Assembly: GCF_030028105.1 (NCBI RefSeq)
Contig: NC_092374.1
Coordinates: 180,127,487 to 180,191,486 of the forward strand
Direction of reading: 5' to 3'
Length of the DNA: 64,000 nt
Origin: Mobula birostris
Lineage: Eukaryota
Shown here in pieces: positions 26,401-37,700 of this stretch (position 1 is the first letter of the stretch; each line of letters opens with the position of its first letter). Both the position numbers and the translations under genes were made by a program. Below the pieces are notes generated by a model. That model did not search any database, was not told the DNA's origin, and saw only the letters and a program-made list of their open reading frames with translations.

Positions 26401-27171
26401 GTTCTTCCAGCATTTTGTATTATGGGTAAACAGGATCATAAACATGAGAAAATCTGAAGATCCAAAGCAACACACACAAAATACAGCAGGCTTGGCAGCA
26501 TCTATAGAAACGAGTAAACAGTCAAAGTTTCAGGCCGAGACTCTTCTTCAGGACTCTTTTCCATAGATGCTGACTGGCCTGCTGAGTTCTTCCAGCATTT
26601 TATGGGCAAACAGGATTAGTGTGGAAGTTGCAGCAAGACAAGGGTTAAAATAGTGTGCTGACAGAACAGTGTGCCGATATCGTACAGTGACGGAATAAAC
26701 TCGATTTTGAGAGCATAGCTTCTCTTCCCATAGTTCTTTGTTCAAGTCTGAGACCAAAATGTTACCAGGCATACCAGAAAAAGATAAGGATGAGTACAAA
26801 GGAATGTAGGGCACACAGTAGCTACTGGATAGTAATTCTACTAATTAAGTATTATTGGCCTTTAATGCATAGATTGTATTGGTTATTTACAACTGAAATA
26901 TGTCATGTGGTTTTATCCCTGGGGTCAAGTATGATGTTCTCCTAAGGGGTTGTCTATTGCTGGGTCTTCAGGTGGCTGTATGGACAACCTGGGATCCACA
27001 TAGCCAGGAAGTCTGGATGGATTTCCTTAATGGAGAACACTTGTGTGTAACTTCATGTAATATGGGGAGGCTGATGTATAGACACCCACCACATGGTCCT
27101 TGACAGTTTGGGATCAGGGTTGGGTGGCATGGAATGTAAAATGACTAGGGACCCTTCACTGCCATTGTGAT

Positions 27172-27517
27172 CAATGTTCCCTCTAATTTGTAAGACCAGT
27201 GTATGCAAAAATCTTGTGCTGTGCAATTTTCTTTCCAGCGATGACAACATGTGTGCACTGAGTAATGTCTTCAATAAAAACAGTATAAATAAGCTAGTTC
27301 TAAATCTCAGAGAAATCATCACAAGCTCCACATTGTCAACACTGTCTGTAGCAGAAACCAGAAAAGGGAATGTGATCATGTACAATCGTGAAATATACTT
27401 AACATGCCAACAGGGTAGAGGGTGACAACCTTCTGTGCGCAGTTTAAGCTCCTTTGTGCACTAGTAGAAAAAGACGTGTGCATGCACACGCACTTGCACA
27501 CTTTCGAAGGAACATTG
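27172..27517. mobile_element. hAT-family MITE (same TIR family as 43039-46985)
   Basis: TIR caatgttccctc.../...gaaggaacattg; 8-bp TSD attgtgat/attgtggt (7 of 8 match). Confidence 0.75.
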
Positions 27518-30500
27518 ATTGTGGTGTGTCATCATCTTCCACCAGCTCCATTAAGATCCTTGGAACTGCTCTCTTGACATTACTGCTATGGGTGACCCGA
27601 GTTGTAGCTAAGCGCCAGCTGGCTAAACTCCAGCCAGCATTACTCTCAGGATCTCAGGAACCTGCAAGCCTCTCCATCACGCCAATGTGATTATTGGTAC
27701 ATAATCATGCTAATAATGGGATTCAGAAGTGCACAAAATTGCTATTGGATCAATGTCTGTATTTAAAAAAAATAACAACTTTGAGCTGTAACTTCAGAAT
27801 TAGTTCTTTGACAGGGGCTGAGCTGCTCTTGTCCACAAGTAAATGAAGTGTGATTGATGGGGTGGTTAATTGGCAAGGACATTAACAAGGGGCAGGAAGG
27901 ACTTGATGGGCCAAATGGCCTGTTCCTGTGTTGTACAGATCTGAAACTTTAGGAGACTCCTTTCAACGAAACGAGACAATATTGAACCTCTCCAGAGCAC
28001 TATTTGACTCTCTGATGAATTGGGACGAAGACATCAGTTCTTGTGGTTCACACCTTTCTCCCTGCTGCCTGCCTCTGAACTACATCCTGCAGGAACCTCA
28101 CGACGCAGGACAGATCCAGCAACAGCACATCCACAAAATCCCTTCAAGCTCCTTTAATGCTCAGCCTGCTCCAGAATTGACATTGAGCCATTCAGTAACA
28201 GAGCAGGGAACAGACCCTTCGGCCCAACACATTCATGCTGGCCGCAAGGTAGTCCCATTTGCCCAGGTTTAGTCCACATCTCTTCAAAACCCCTCCTATC
28301 TATGTATTTACCCAAATGTCTTTCAAATCTTGGTAACTGTTACGTAAATACCTATGTCAGGATGCTTTTTATTGACTATAGGTCTGCATTTAAAACCATC
28401 ACTCCTACAGTCCCAATTGTAAAGCTACAGAATCTGGGTCTCTGGACCTCCCTCTGCAACTGGATCGTTGACTTCCTAACTGGAAGACCACACCCTGTGT
28501 GGATTGGAAATACCATCTACACCTCTCTGACGATCAACACTGGTGCACCACCAGGATGTGTGCTTAGCCCACTGCTCCACTCTCCCTACACCATGACTGT
28601 GTGGCTAGGCATAGCTCAAATGCCAGCTGACAACACAACTATTGTTGGCAGAATTTCAGATGGTGATGAGAAGGCATACAGGAGTGACATATTCCAGTTA
28701 GTTGAGTGGTGTTTCCGCAACAACCTGGCACTCAGCGTCAGCAAGACCAAAGAGCTGATTGTGGACTTCAGGAAGGGCAAGACGAGGGAATGCACACCAA
28801 TCGTCATAGAGGGGTCAGACATGGAGAGAGTGAGCAATTTCAAATTCCTGGGTGTCAACATCTGAGGACCTAACCTGGACGCAACATATTGATGCAGCTA
28901 TAAAGGCGGCAAGACAGTGGCTATATTTCATTAACGATTGAGATTTGGTTTCTTAACTAAAACACTCAAATACTTCAACAGATGTACTGTGGAGAGCATT
29001 CTGACTGGCTACATCACCATATAGTACAAGGGGTGGGGGGGGGGGTGGGAGTGTCTACTGTACAGGATTAAAATAAACTGCAGAAAGTTGTAAAATTACT
29101 CAGCTCCATCATGGGTACAAGCCTCCATAGTCTCCAAGGCATCTTCAAGGAGCAGTGCCTGAGAAAGGAGGTGTCCATCATTTAGAACCACCCACCCTCC
29201 ACTACCTGGCATACGCCCACTTTTCATTGTTACCATGGAGTGGGAGGTACAGAAGTCTGAATGCACACACAGCAATTCAGGAACAGCTTCTTCCGCTTTG
29301 CCATCTGATTTCTAAATGGACATTAACCCATGAAGACTACTTCATTCCTTTTTTTTTATTTTCTTTATTTAAAATTTTAACTTAACTTTAACAGACACAC
29401 ATTTCCTTAGTGTAATAGTTTTCTTTTCTATATTAGTTTATCACGTATTTCATTGTATTGCTGCCGTAAAGTTAACACAGTTCACGACGAATGCCGGGGA
29501 CCATTGAATCTCATTCTGGACCTTTCCCAGTCACTTCCTCCGGCAGCTCATTCCTTCAGCACTGTCCACTATGACTCGTACCACCAAGCCAATTTATTAC
29601 CTAACTGGCTAGCACACGCTCAATCCTTATGTGATCTATCCTTCTGGAACAGCCTCCAATCTGGGACCTCGTCAAAGGTCCATGAAGATGATATGAGTCA
29701 TATCGCACTCGGCAGACCCAGATCACTTCTTCAAAAAAAAACTCAGTCACATTCATGAGATATGATTTTCCCCACACACGCAATGCCATACTGAGCAACC
29801 CAAATCCTTGCCTTCCCACACTGATGCTGGGCTCACTGGCCTGTGGTTTCTTGGCTTGCCCTTACAGTATTAGGCACCCTTCAGTCACCCCGGCCCCTCT
29901 CTGTGTGGCTAATGTATTTACAAGCATCTCCAACAACACCCAGCAATTTCTTCTCTGGCTTCCAACAATGTCCTCAGATACATTTGGTATGAACGAAGAG
30001 AATTTATCCTCCGTGATAAATCTTAACATGTTTTAAATTTGCCAGCACCACCTCATTGTCAGTAGGATCATGGATGATGAAGTACGATGGTTAACACATT
30101 CTTTTATTAATCTCTCTATACTACCCATAACCACATCCACAAACTCATGTTTGGGCACATCCAGAATCAGACAAGTCTGCAATCTCATACGTCCACATCT
30201 GAAATTCCACGTGGTCACAATGGGACAACTCAGCAATACCACATGTGCATCTCACATATCGCTAATCCCACACACATGTAATCCCAGGTGTAACACATGG
30301 CTCGAGTAACTCACGTTCATCTCGGGGAAAGTGCCGTCTGCCCCGCCAAACTGTGCACTCATGTTTATGTAGATGCTGTGTAATACACCCCGGATCAAAC
30401 CCACAATGCAGAATATCAGACAGTACACACAATATATGATTAAATAATTACACTTTATAACTCTTATCTTGTGGTCTCATGAGACCATGGATTTGCACCT

Positions 30501-30976
30501 TGGAAGGTTTCCAGGGCACAGGCCTCGGCAAGGTTGTATGGAGACCAGCAGTTGCCCACGCTGCAAGTCTCCCCTCTCCACGCCACCGATGTTGTCCAAG
30601 GGAAGGGCATTAAGCTTGGCACTGGTGTTGTCACAGAGCAATGTGTGGTTAAGTGCCTTGCTCAAGGACACAACGCGCTGCCTCAGCCAAGGCTCGAACT
30701 AGTGACCTGCAGATCACTAGACGAACGCCTTAACCACTTGGCCACGTGCCTGTAGTGCTACACATCAGCAATATGCCAAATCTACAATCTGACACATTTG
30801 TAATTGTACATTTCTGACATCTGACAGGATACACACTCTTTTGTTGTCTCTGTGTTGGACAGTTCTGGCTGTTAATGTGATTTCTCTGCTCTAGTACAAT
30901 CTGACTTGCTGGAGATGTCCATAACACCAGCCTTCCATTCCAGTTCCAGAAGGAAACATGCAGAGGTCTTCTCAAA

Positions 30977-31187
30977 TCAAGGAGCGTTGGCTTGGAATGA
31001 TGAGCTGGTACAGCCCTGGAGTCTCTTGGTCCTCATCCTAATCGAACCACCAGTCTGGGGAAGCAAAATTGGTCACATCAGATCCAGGGTCAACTGCACT
31101 TTTCCATCCCACCTCCCTCAGACCCGCCCTCTTCCACTCTACCTGCCCCATCATCCCCCTCCTCCCATACCGGCACTCCCCGGTAAC
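30977..31187 (-). CDS. Tentative gene 1 cytoplasmic exons: 31171-31187 (GYRGVP) and 30977-31054 (TGGSIRMRTKRLQGCTSSSFQANAP*)
   Basis: Phase-compatible pair with plausible splice sites (cttcgaag|GTTAC...GCCG|gtatgg; ttttgcttccccag|ACT...TGA), but no homology to the gene 2 tail, so unverified. Confidence 0.3.
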
Positions 31188-31575
31188 CTTCGAAGCAGAC
31201 AGCGAAGTACATCCATGACAGACACAGTACAAATATGTACTGGGGCAGCCCGCAGGTGTTGATGTGCTTTCAGCACTCACATACCATGTCCCCAACCTAC
31301 TAATTCCGATCTGTACACTTTTGTAATGTGGGAAGAAACTGTAACATCCCAAGGAAACCCACACGGTCACAGGGAGAACGGACAAACTCCGCACAGACAG
31401 CCACGTAACTGAACCTGTGCAGCTGGCCCTGAACAGCATTACACTTACCAGTACACTAGCATGCTGCCACTGATACTCTCCTGCATCAGAACCTTCCCCT
31501 ACCCCCACAGACCCTCAGCTATACCTTCCCCACACCCTCCCTGCTCCCTCTGCCCAGTTCCCTTCCCAGCCATAC

Positions 31576-31719
31576 CTCGCCTTCTGCAGCTGGCACCGAT
31601 AATGAAGATAATGATGATGGAAATGGCCCTGATCCCGAAGAGTGGAATCCAGCACAACCCACTGAAAATGCTGGAGCTACTGAGCAGGTCAGGCTGTATC
31701 CAAGGTTGAGTTCCCTGCA
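31576..31719 (-). CDS. Class I gene 1 stalk/TM exon ([48 protein letters not shown])
   Basis: tctttccccag|TG...CGA G|gtatgg; 144 nt; both ends align with the gene 2 TM exon (acceptor ccccag, donor GGCGAG|gta). Confidence 0.8.
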
Positions 31720-34700
31720 CTGGGGAAAGAATCAGAGAGGGTGTCTGAGACACAGGCCCCACAATCACACAGGGTACACTGCCCCGTGTGGTAACATTAC
31801 AGGGCACGCTGCCCCGTGCAGTAATGCCATGGGGCACACTGGCCCGTACTGTAATATCAAGTGGTACAGTACACTGTACAGTAATATTACAGGGTACACT
31901 GCACCATATGGTAATATTACAGGGCACACTGCCCTGTACTGTAATAATACAGGGCCCACCGCCCTGTACTGTAATAATACAGGGCCCACCGCCCTGTACT
32001 GTAATATTAGAGGGTACATTGCTCTGTACTGTAATAATATAGGGTACACGGCACAGAAAAAGTAATATTACAGGGTACACGGCCCTGTACTGTAATATTA
32101 CAGAGTACATTGCACTGTATTATAATAATACAGGGTACACTGCACTGTACTGTAATAATACAGGGTACACTGCCCTGTACTGAAATATCACAGGGTACAC
32201 AGCACCATACTGTTATATTACAGGGTACACTGCCCTGTACTGTAATATCACAGGGAACTCTGCCCTGTGCAGTAATCACCTCGGATACAACTGCCACTGC
32301 TCCGTACTGTCCCCTGTCGCAGGATAAACCAAGCCCTGCTCTATCCTGTTCCTGGATACCAGGGATTTGACCTCACTTTGAGCAGCGGCAAACTGGAGAT
32401 CAGAACCCTGAGAAGACGCAGCTCACTCAGGCTTGCCAACTGAGTCGAAAAGCTAGCGACTCATGGCAGTTTAGTGCTTTGAGCAGTGGCCTATCAGCAT
32501 TTGGGATAGATTGGCAAGAACAAATTAAATTAAGGCAGGGGCAAGCAGAGTGGCCACTGTTAGAGTGGTCACATTTTAGCTCTTCAAGGCTTCATCAGGT
32601 GAGGCTTCAGTCAGAGAAGGCAAAAAAGCTGTAGATAGAGTTTCCACCCCCACCCCAACAGTTTATTGTTCTTCCTTCTTTACATTTGCTCAGTTAGGAC
32701 AGTAGAGATGCCAGGCAGAATAGTGACATGCTCCTCTTGAGCGGTGTGGGAAGGCAGGGAGACCTCCAGTGACCCTGATGACAAGTGCATCCTGCTGCAG
32801 TTTCTAGCAATCCGCATTGAGGGGTTGGAGCTGGAACTGGATGAACTCTGGATCATTTGAGAGGCTGAGGGGGTGATAGACAGGACTAATAGAGAGGTAG
32901 TTACACTCAAGGTGCAGGACACCGGAAACTGGGTGACAGTCAGGAGGGAGAAAGGGGCTAAACAGCCAGTACAGAGTACCCTGTGGCATCCCCGTCAACA
33001 ACAGGTATATCTCTTTAGATACTGTTCGAGGGGTTGACCTAGCAGAGGAAAGTCACAGCAGTCAGGTCTCTGGCACTGAAACTCAAATGGGAAGGGGTGG
33101 GGGGAAGAAGAGGCAAGCTGTGGTGACAGGCGATTCATTAGTTAGGAGAACAGAAAGGAAGTTCCGTGAACGAGAATGAGATTCTCGGATGGTATGTTGC
33201 CTCCCGGGTGCTAGGGTCTGGGATATCTTGGATTGAGTTCTCAGCATTCTTAAGTGAGGGGATGAATAGCCAGAGGTTGTGGTCCATGTAGGTACCAATG
33301 ACAGGGGTAGGACGAGTGACGAGGGTCTGCAAAGTGAGCTCAGGGAGTTGGGAGTTGGCAGACCTCCAGGCTTGTGATCTCAGGATTGCTACCTCCACCA
33401 CGTGCTACTGAGGCCAGAAATAGGAAGAATATATAACTTAATATGCGGCTGAGGAGCTGGTGAAGGAGGCAGGACATTAGAGCTTTGGATCATTCGGCTC
33501 TCTTCCAAGGAAGCTGGGTTCTGTTTAGAAGAGATTGTTTGCACCTGAACTGGATGGGGACTAATATCCTAAAGGGGAAGTTTGCCAATGCTGCACGGGA
33601 AGGGGGGCGGGGTGCTAAAACTAGAGTTGTAGGGGGATGTGAACCAGAGTGCCAGAGCAGATAGTGCAGAGATTGTGGAGATACGTTGTTATTGAGACCT
33701 CAGATATAGTCAGGAATCAAAAGATTAAACATGATGTGACTAATGTTCTGAGCTTGTATATTTCAATGCAAGAAGTTTATAGGAAAGGCAGATGACTGCA
33801 GGGCTTGGATCAACATATGGAATTATGATAAGCTAGCCATTAGTGAGACTTGGTTGCAGGAGGGGCAGGACTGCCAGCTCAATATTCTGGGGTTCCATTA
33901 TTTTAGATGTGACAGAATGGTGGGGGGGATTAAACAAGGAGGGGTGGCGTTATTAGTCAGGGAAAATATCAAGGCAGTGCTCAGTCAGGACAGACTGGAG
34001 AACTCATCTAGTGAGGTGTTGTGGGTGGTACTGAGTAACAAGACTATATAAATATGGCTATATTACAGATCACCCAACAGTCTGAGGGATTTAGAGGAAC
34101 AAATTTGTAGAGAGATCGCAGACTGTTGCAAGAAATATAAGATTGTTTTAGTAGGTGATTTTTAACTTTCCAAATATTCCTATACTGTAAAGTTACTAGA
34201 TGGGATAGAATTTGTCAAATGTCGTAAGGAACGTGTCCTTAATCAGTACATAAAAGTCCCAATGAGAGAGTGTGCAATACTTGACCAGCTATTAGGGAAT
34301 GAGACAGGGCAGGCGACAGAAGTTTGTGTAGGGGAACACTTTGCATCTAGTGATCATAATGCCATCTGCTTCAAAGTCAATATGCAAAAAGACAGGTCTG
34401 GTCTGCAGATTGTGATTCTAAATTGAAGAAAGGCCAAATTTGATGGCATCAGAAAGGATCTGGCAAGTGTGAATTGGGACAGGCTATTTTCTGGTAAAGG
34501 CGTGATGCCTTGAAAAGGGAAACCCTTAGAGTAGAAAGCTTGTATGTGCCTGTCAGAATAAAAGGTAAAGATAACAGGGCAGGGTACCTTGGTTTTTAAG
34601 AGATATTGAGGCCCTGGTTAAGAAAAGCAGGTATAGACAGGGAGGAACAAATGAGGAGCTTATGGAGTACAAGAAATGAAAGAGAACACCTAAGGAAGAA

Positions 34701-37700
34701 ATTGGGAAGCGTAAAAGAAGGCAGAAAGTTCCTCTGGCAGATAAGGTGAAGAAGAATCCCAAGGAATTCCACAGAGCAAAAGAGGTGGGGGAGATCTTAA
34801 ATGAATTCTTTGCATCTGTTTTTACTCAGGAGACGGACACAGAGTCAATAGAAGTGAAGCAGAGTAGCATCAACTTTATGGACCCTGTATAACCCTGTAT
34901 AGATTACAGAGGAAGTTGTGTTTGCTGTCCTTAGGGCAAATTGTCCTGTCCAAGGCCGAAAGAAGCTGCAGAAGATCGTGAACGTGGTGCAGCACATCAC
35001 AAAAACCAATCTTCTGTCCTTGGACTCACTTTACACCGCACGCTGTTGGAGCAGTGCTGCCAGGATAATCAAGGACACAACCCACCCAGCCAACACACTT
35101 TTCGTCCCTCTTCCCTCCGGGAGAAGACTCAGGAGCTTGAAGGCTCGTACGGCCAGATTTGGGAACTGCTTCTTTCCAACTGTGATAAGACTGCTGAACG
35201 GATCCTGACCCGGATCTGGGCCGTACCCTCCAAATATCCGGACCTGCCTCTCGGTTTTTTTTGCACTACCTTACTTCCCATTTTTCTATTTTCTATTTAT
35301 GATTTATAATTTAATTTTTTTATATTTACTAATTTTTACTGTTTTTAATATTTAATATTTGTAATCCAGGGAGTGGGAAGCGCAGAATCAAATATCGCTG
35401 TGATGATTGTACGTTCTAGTATCAATTGTTTGGTGACAATAAAGTATAAAGTATAAATTAAAATCCCCTGGCCCTGACAGGGTGTTTCCTCAGACCCTAT
35501 GGGAGGCAAGTGCTGAAATTGCTGGGGCCCTAGGTGATACATTTAAATCATTCTTAGTGACGGAGAGGTACCAGAGGATTGGAAGATAGTCAATATTGTT
35601 CTGCTGTTTAAGAAAGGTTCTAAACAGAAACCAGGAAATTATAGGCCGGTGAGCCTGACATCAGTAGTGGGAAGGTTATTGGAAAGTATTCCAAAGGACT
35701 GGATATATAAGTATTTGGATAGATATGGACTTACTAAGTATAATCAGCATGGTTTTGTGCATGGTAGGTAGTGTCTAACCAATCTTACAGAATTTTTTGA
35801 GGAAGTCACCAGGAAAATTGATGAAGGCATTGCAGTGGATGTTGTCTACATGGACTTTAGTAAGGTATTTGATAAGGTCCCACATGGGAGGTTGGTCAAG
35901 AAGGTTCAGTCGGTTGGCGTTCAAGATGAGGTAGTAAATTAGATTAGACATTGGCTGTGGGAGAAGCCAGAGAGTGGTAGTATACAGTTGCATCTCTGAC
36001 TGATGACCTGTGACTAGTAAAGTGTTGCAGGGATCAGTGCTGGGTCTAATGTTGTTCCTCATCTATACCAATGATCTGGATGATAATGTGGTTAACTGAA
36101 TCAGCAAATTTGCAGATGACACCAAGACTGGGTTGTAGCGGACAGCGAGGAAGACTCTCGGTACTTGCAATAGATTACAGGCCATCTGGAAAAATGGACT
36201 GATGGAATTTAATGCAGACAAGTACGAGGTGTTGTACTTTGGTAGGACCAACCAGGGTAGGCTTTATAGAATGAATGTTAGGGCACTGAGGAGTGCGGTA
36301 GAACAAAAGGATTTGTGAATGGAGACCACAATTCATTGAAAGTGGCATCATAGGTAGATAGAGTCATAAAGAAAGCTTTTGGCACATTGGCCTTTGTAAA
36401 TCAATGTACTGGGTGTTATGTTGAAGTTGTATAGGACGTTGGTGCGACCTTATTTGGAGCATTATGTGCAGTTCAGGTCACCTACCCACAGGAAAGATGA
36501 ACTAAGGTTGAAAGAGACAGAAGATTTTCAAGGATGTTGCCATGCCTGGAAGATCTGAGTTATAAGGAAATGTTAAATAGGTTAGGACTTTATTCCTTGG
36601 AATGTAACAGATTGCGAGGAGATTTAATAAAGGTATACAAAATTATGAGGGGTATAGACAGGGCAAATGCAAGCAGGCTTTTTCCACTGAGGTTAGGTGG
36701 GACTACTAAAGGTCATGGGTTGAGGGTGAAAGGTGAAGAGTTTAAGGGGAATATGAAGGGAAACTTCACTCAGAGGGTGGTGAGAGTACGGAATGAGCTG
36801 CCAGCACAAGTGGTGTATGCAAGATCGATTTCAATGTTTAAGAGAAGTTTGGATAGTAGGGATAAGAAGGGCTATGGTCCCTGTGCAGGTCGATGGGAGT
36901 TGGCAGTTCCAATGGCTCAGCATGAACTAGATGGCCCGAAGGGCCAGTTTCTATGGTCTGCTTTTCTGTGACTCTACCTGAGTATCTGAGGATCTCCCCC
37001 AGCACAACTCTGGGACCCTCAGACACCTCGCCCCCACTCTCTACTGCCCCACTCGCGAGCGCACACGTGTGTTCTTGGACCCTCCCCCATGGCAACCGAC
37101 CAGCTCACCGTAATTCCAGATGATGGGATCCTTCAGTCCGCTGTGCCCCACCTGACAGGAGAACGATGCCGGGTCCGCGGGATCAATCTGCACCCACTTC
37201 CGGATCTGGTATGTGCCATTGTGATTGGGCAGGAGCCCAGTGGAGTGGGCCTCAGGGAGGATGGTCCCATTCTTCCACAGGGTCACCTCAATGGATGAGG
37301 GGCGGAAGCCAGTGGCCAAGCAGGAGAGGGCGCTGGTGTCGGCTGACAGGGTGAAGGTCACCTGGGGAGGTTCTGAGGGGAAGGAAGATGGGTGAGTGTT
37401 GATTCTATAGGGATAGAGACACCCCCAACCAGAGAGACAGAAAGAGAGAAAGAGACCCCAAAGAGGGGGAACATGGTGGAGTCCATCACACACACACACA
37501 GATCGATAGAGACCACCCAATCCTATCTCTTTATGATACTCTAACGTGCACGCACGCACACAACTGGAGACAATTTCTCATCTCTGCTCCCTGAACCCCA
37601 CACCCTCACATACCTCTCACTCCTGCCTCGCCCACACCTTCTTCCTAACTGCCCCCCGTCACCCCTTCACCCCCCCCATTCACTACAACCCACCACCCTC

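Noticed and set aside
31769-32279. CRISPR-like palindromic repeat array
   Set aside because: Units are contiguous with no unique spacers, no cas genes are present, and the context is a vertebrate intron.
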